Part shown: positions 61,990 to 64,000 of the stretch, in pieces
Layout of the letters: every line of letters begins with the position of its first letter
How positions within the stretch are numbered: position 1 is the first letter of the stretch
From: Spirochaetaceae bacterium
GTDB taxonomy: Bacteria > Spirochaetota > Spirochaetia > DSM-2461
Assembly (NCBI GenBank): GCA_965224705.1
Contig: OZ245056.1
Location: 320,001 to 384,000 of the forward strand
Length of the DNA stretch: 64,000 nt
Reading direction: 5' to 3'
Position numbers and translations under genes: made by a program
The notes under the pieces: generated by a model
Database searches by the model: none
Seen by the model: the letters and a program-made list of their open reading frames with translations, nothing else
Told to the model about the DNA's origin: nothing

Positions 61990-62868
61990 TTAAGAAAAAT
62001 GCTGAATGATGCTTCTGGATTGCATCCAGTAACCTGATCCGAAAAGATTAACATGATTGAGTAAGTGATAGAGGTTATAGATATCTCGTCTTTCAGTAAA
62101 TCCCGGCTGTAGCGGCCATGCTTCCGTGTATGCATCATAGAAACCTGCCGGAAAACCGCCAAAGAGTTGGGTCATGGCAATATCTGCTTCTCTATGGCCG
62201 TAATAAACGGCGGGATCGATTAACCAGGCTCTGCCTTCATTGTCTGCCAGCCAGTTGCCGCCCCAGAGATCACCATGCAGAAGGCTTGGTTTTCCGTCAT
62301 CCACATCCGGCAATAAATCCGGGAGACGTTTGAGCAGGGAATGCATATCTTTCTCTGTCCGGGCATCACCAAAGCCATTTTTTCTCAGAAGTTGCCACTG
62401 ACAACCTAAGCGTTCGTCTCGAAAGAAATTCAGCCAGGCGGACTGACCTTTGTTTTTCTGGGGAGTCGAGCCAATCCAATTATCCGATTCAAAGCCGCAT
62501 TTCTCCTGGCGGGCTTCCCGATGGAGAACGGCCATCGCCCTGCCGAAATCTTTCCCGCATTTGATTTTTCCAGTTGGAATTGCTTGAAGGAGGAGGAAGG
62601 CCTTATCTCCATCCTGACCCCAGGCAAGGACTCTGGGGACTGGCGGCGAAGAATGTCTTGCGGCAATTTCCCCGAGTGTCTGAAGACCTGAAGCTTCGGC
62701 GGTAAACATCCGCTCAAGATCGGCATGATTTTCCTTGATGAAGACTATCTGGCCCCCGGCAAGGGTCAACAAAGCAGTGGTATTGATACCACCGCCACTG
62801 ACAGGCTGACGTTTAATAATAGTTCCTTCACTCCCGTAAAGGCGTTCAAGGGTGTGTTCCAGTACCAT
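61990..62868 (-). CDS. Fructosamine/ketosamine kinase family protein
   Basis: SGG.IN, F.KEN, MF.AEA.GL, PSLLHGDLWGGN, IDPAVYYGHRE.D and LNH.NLFG motifs. Confidence 0.93.
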   Translation of the reverse strand: MVLEHTLERLYGSEGTIIKRQPVSGGGINTTALLTLAGGQIVFIKENHADLERMFTAEASGLQTLGEIAARHSSPPVPRVLAWGQDGDKAFLLLQAIPTGKIKCGKDFGRAMAVLHREARQEKCGFESDNWIGSTPQKNKGQSAWLNFFRDERLGCQWQLLRKNGFGDARTEKDMHSLLKRLPDLLPDVDDGKPSLLHGDLWGGNWLADNEGRAWLIDPAVYYGHREADIAMTQLFGGFPAGFYDAYTEAWPLQPGFTERRDIYNLYHLLNHVNLFGSGYWMQSRSIIQHFS

Positions 62869-62870
62869 GT

Positions 62871-62954
62871 TGCAGCAGAGAGGACTTGAACCTCCACGGC
62901 ATTGCTGCCACTAGCCCCTCAAGCTAGCGTGTCTACCAATTCCACCACTGCTGC
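62871..62954 (-). tRNA. tRNA-Leu(GAG)
   Basis: Acceptor stem GCAGCAG/CTGCTGC, D-arm GGTGGAATTGGTAGACAC, anticodon arm CTAGC-TTGAGGG-GCTAG, long variable arm, GTTCAAGT T-loop. CCA is not encoded. Confidence 0.95.
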
Positions 62955-62971
62955 GTAAAATTACAAGGAGT

Positions 62972-63000
62972 ATTCTATGTATGGTGGGTTTCCTGGTCAA
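62972..63000 (-). promoter_or_regulatory. Sigma70-type promoter of tRNA-Leu
   Basis: TTGACC-17 nt-TAGAAT on the minus strand, 17 nt upstream of the tRNA. Confidence 0.65.
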
Positions 63001-63070
63001 CAGGTAACTCCTGGAAGTTTTTCAGAAGTCTGTTTTTTTCGAGAATCATAATTCTGAGGTGTCTCGGGTG

Positions 63071-64000
63071 TCATTTATTCTTACTGGAATTGCTCTCTTC
63101 CATGTTTTGCAAACTCAGCGCATTATGGCATTTTGGAAACCCGGTGCAGGCTAGAAATGGTCCCCGACGGCTTAATCGCACTATCATCGGTCTACTGCAC
63201 TTCTCACACTTAACTCCACCAGCTTTAGGCAGGTCAATAACGACACCATCTTTGACCGGCAACTCTCGTCTGCAATCCTCATCAGAGCAAACCATCACCG
63301 GACCGCGCCGTTTAGATTTTATTTCCATGGGAGTGCCGCATTCATCACAGTCCATCGTAATATCCGGCAGGAAAACGGCCTGTCCATCAGCTCCAAGATT
63401 GGCTGTGTTTGAGCAATCCGGATAGCCGCTGCAAGCATAAAATTTCCCGTAGCGACTGGATTTCAGCAGCATGGTTTTCCCACATTTCGGACAAACTACA
63501 GGTTCCCCATCGGTCTCGCCATCGTCTGAACCTTCTCCAGGCAGAGGTATCAACCCCTTGCACTCCGGGAAGTCGGAACAACCAAGAAAGGCTCCTGTTC
63601 GGGAGTATCGGTAGACTAAGAATTTTCCACAAACAGGACAGGTTTCGCTGCCACCCCATTTACGCCCTTTGAGAGGTATGGCATTCTCAACCGCTGCTTC
63701 TACCCGCGGGGCGAAACTCCTGTAGAAATCCGCAAGAAGTTTGTGCCAGTCGACAGTTCCTTCTTCCACTGCATCCAGGTTGTTCTCCATGTCAGCTGTG
63801 AAATGGTAATCCAGAATGTCAGGGAATTCGGTCAGGAGAATACTGTTTACCGTGATACCCAGTTCATTGGCATAGAATATCCGTTTTTCAAGGCGGACAT
63901 AGCCACGATCCCGGATTGTTTGAATGATGGAAGCATAGGTAGAAGGTCTTCCAATACCTTCCTTTTCAAGGGTTTTAACAAGACTGGCTTCTGTAAAGCG
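63071..64000 (-). CDS. topA: DNA topoisomerase I, C-terminal part with zinc ribbons (5' end outside the window)
   Basis: The frame upstream of the listed ORF reads RFTEASLVKTLEKEGIGRPSTYASII...RGYV. Repeated CP.CG...F.gCs.yP.C motifs follow. Confidence 0.93.
   Translation of the reverse strand, partial: RFTEASLVKTLEKEGIGRPSTYASIIQTIRDRGYVRLEKRIFYANELGITVNSILLTEFPDILDYHFTADMENNLDAVEEGTVDWHKLLADFYRSFAPRVEAAVENAIPLKGRKWGGSETCPVCGKFLVYRYSRTGAFLGCSDFPECKGLIPLPGEGSDDGETDGEPVVCPKCGKTMLLKSSRYGKFYACSGYPDCSNTANLGADGQAVFLPDITMDCDECGTPMEIKSKRRGPVMVCSDEDCRRELPVKDGVVIDLPKAGGVKCEKCSRPMIVRLSRRGPFLACTGFPKCHNALSLQNMEESNSSKNK

Noticed and set aside
50950..62000. Classical tRNA-Gly-targeted integrative element
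   Set aside because: No duplication of the tRNA 3' end and no tyrosine or serine integrase was found in the window.

Overview
64 kb of a bacterial chromosome, most likely from a free-living or host-associated spirochaete. This is inferred from the A/GGxQE-type N-termini of the solute-binding proteins and a spirochaete-style lipoprotein and FecR cluster. The housekeeping backbone includes ndk, radC, lon, eno, trmL, rel, prmC, prfA, tpx, cobS, arcA, topA, tRNA-Gly(CCC) and tRNA-Leu(GAG), plus a self-contained mannitol PTS operon. Two accessory blocks of about 10.6 kb lack an integrase and are bounded by direct repeats. Block 1 (11.3-21.9 kb, 75-bp repeats) holds an apparently complete class IIC group II intron. 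It also holds an ABC importer with two PLP aminotransferases (one strongly BtrR/StsC-like) and two NAD(P) dehydrogenases. This is the best candidate for an undescribed system: aminocyclitol/aminoglycoside uptake and catabolism. Block 2 (51.2-61.9 kb, 25-bp repeats, next to tRNA-Gly) carries an esterase, a two-component system, a sugar ABC transporter, an IS5 remnant and a symporter. Other notable elements are three copies of a 161-bp MITE with 4-bp target duplications (one disrupts a glyoxalase gene), a dispersed ~20-bp motif that has been captured into gene 3' ends, and a kinase gene starting 2 nt after tRNA-Leu. No CRISPR array or rRNA was seen. All family assignments come from motif recognition by eye, not from database searches.
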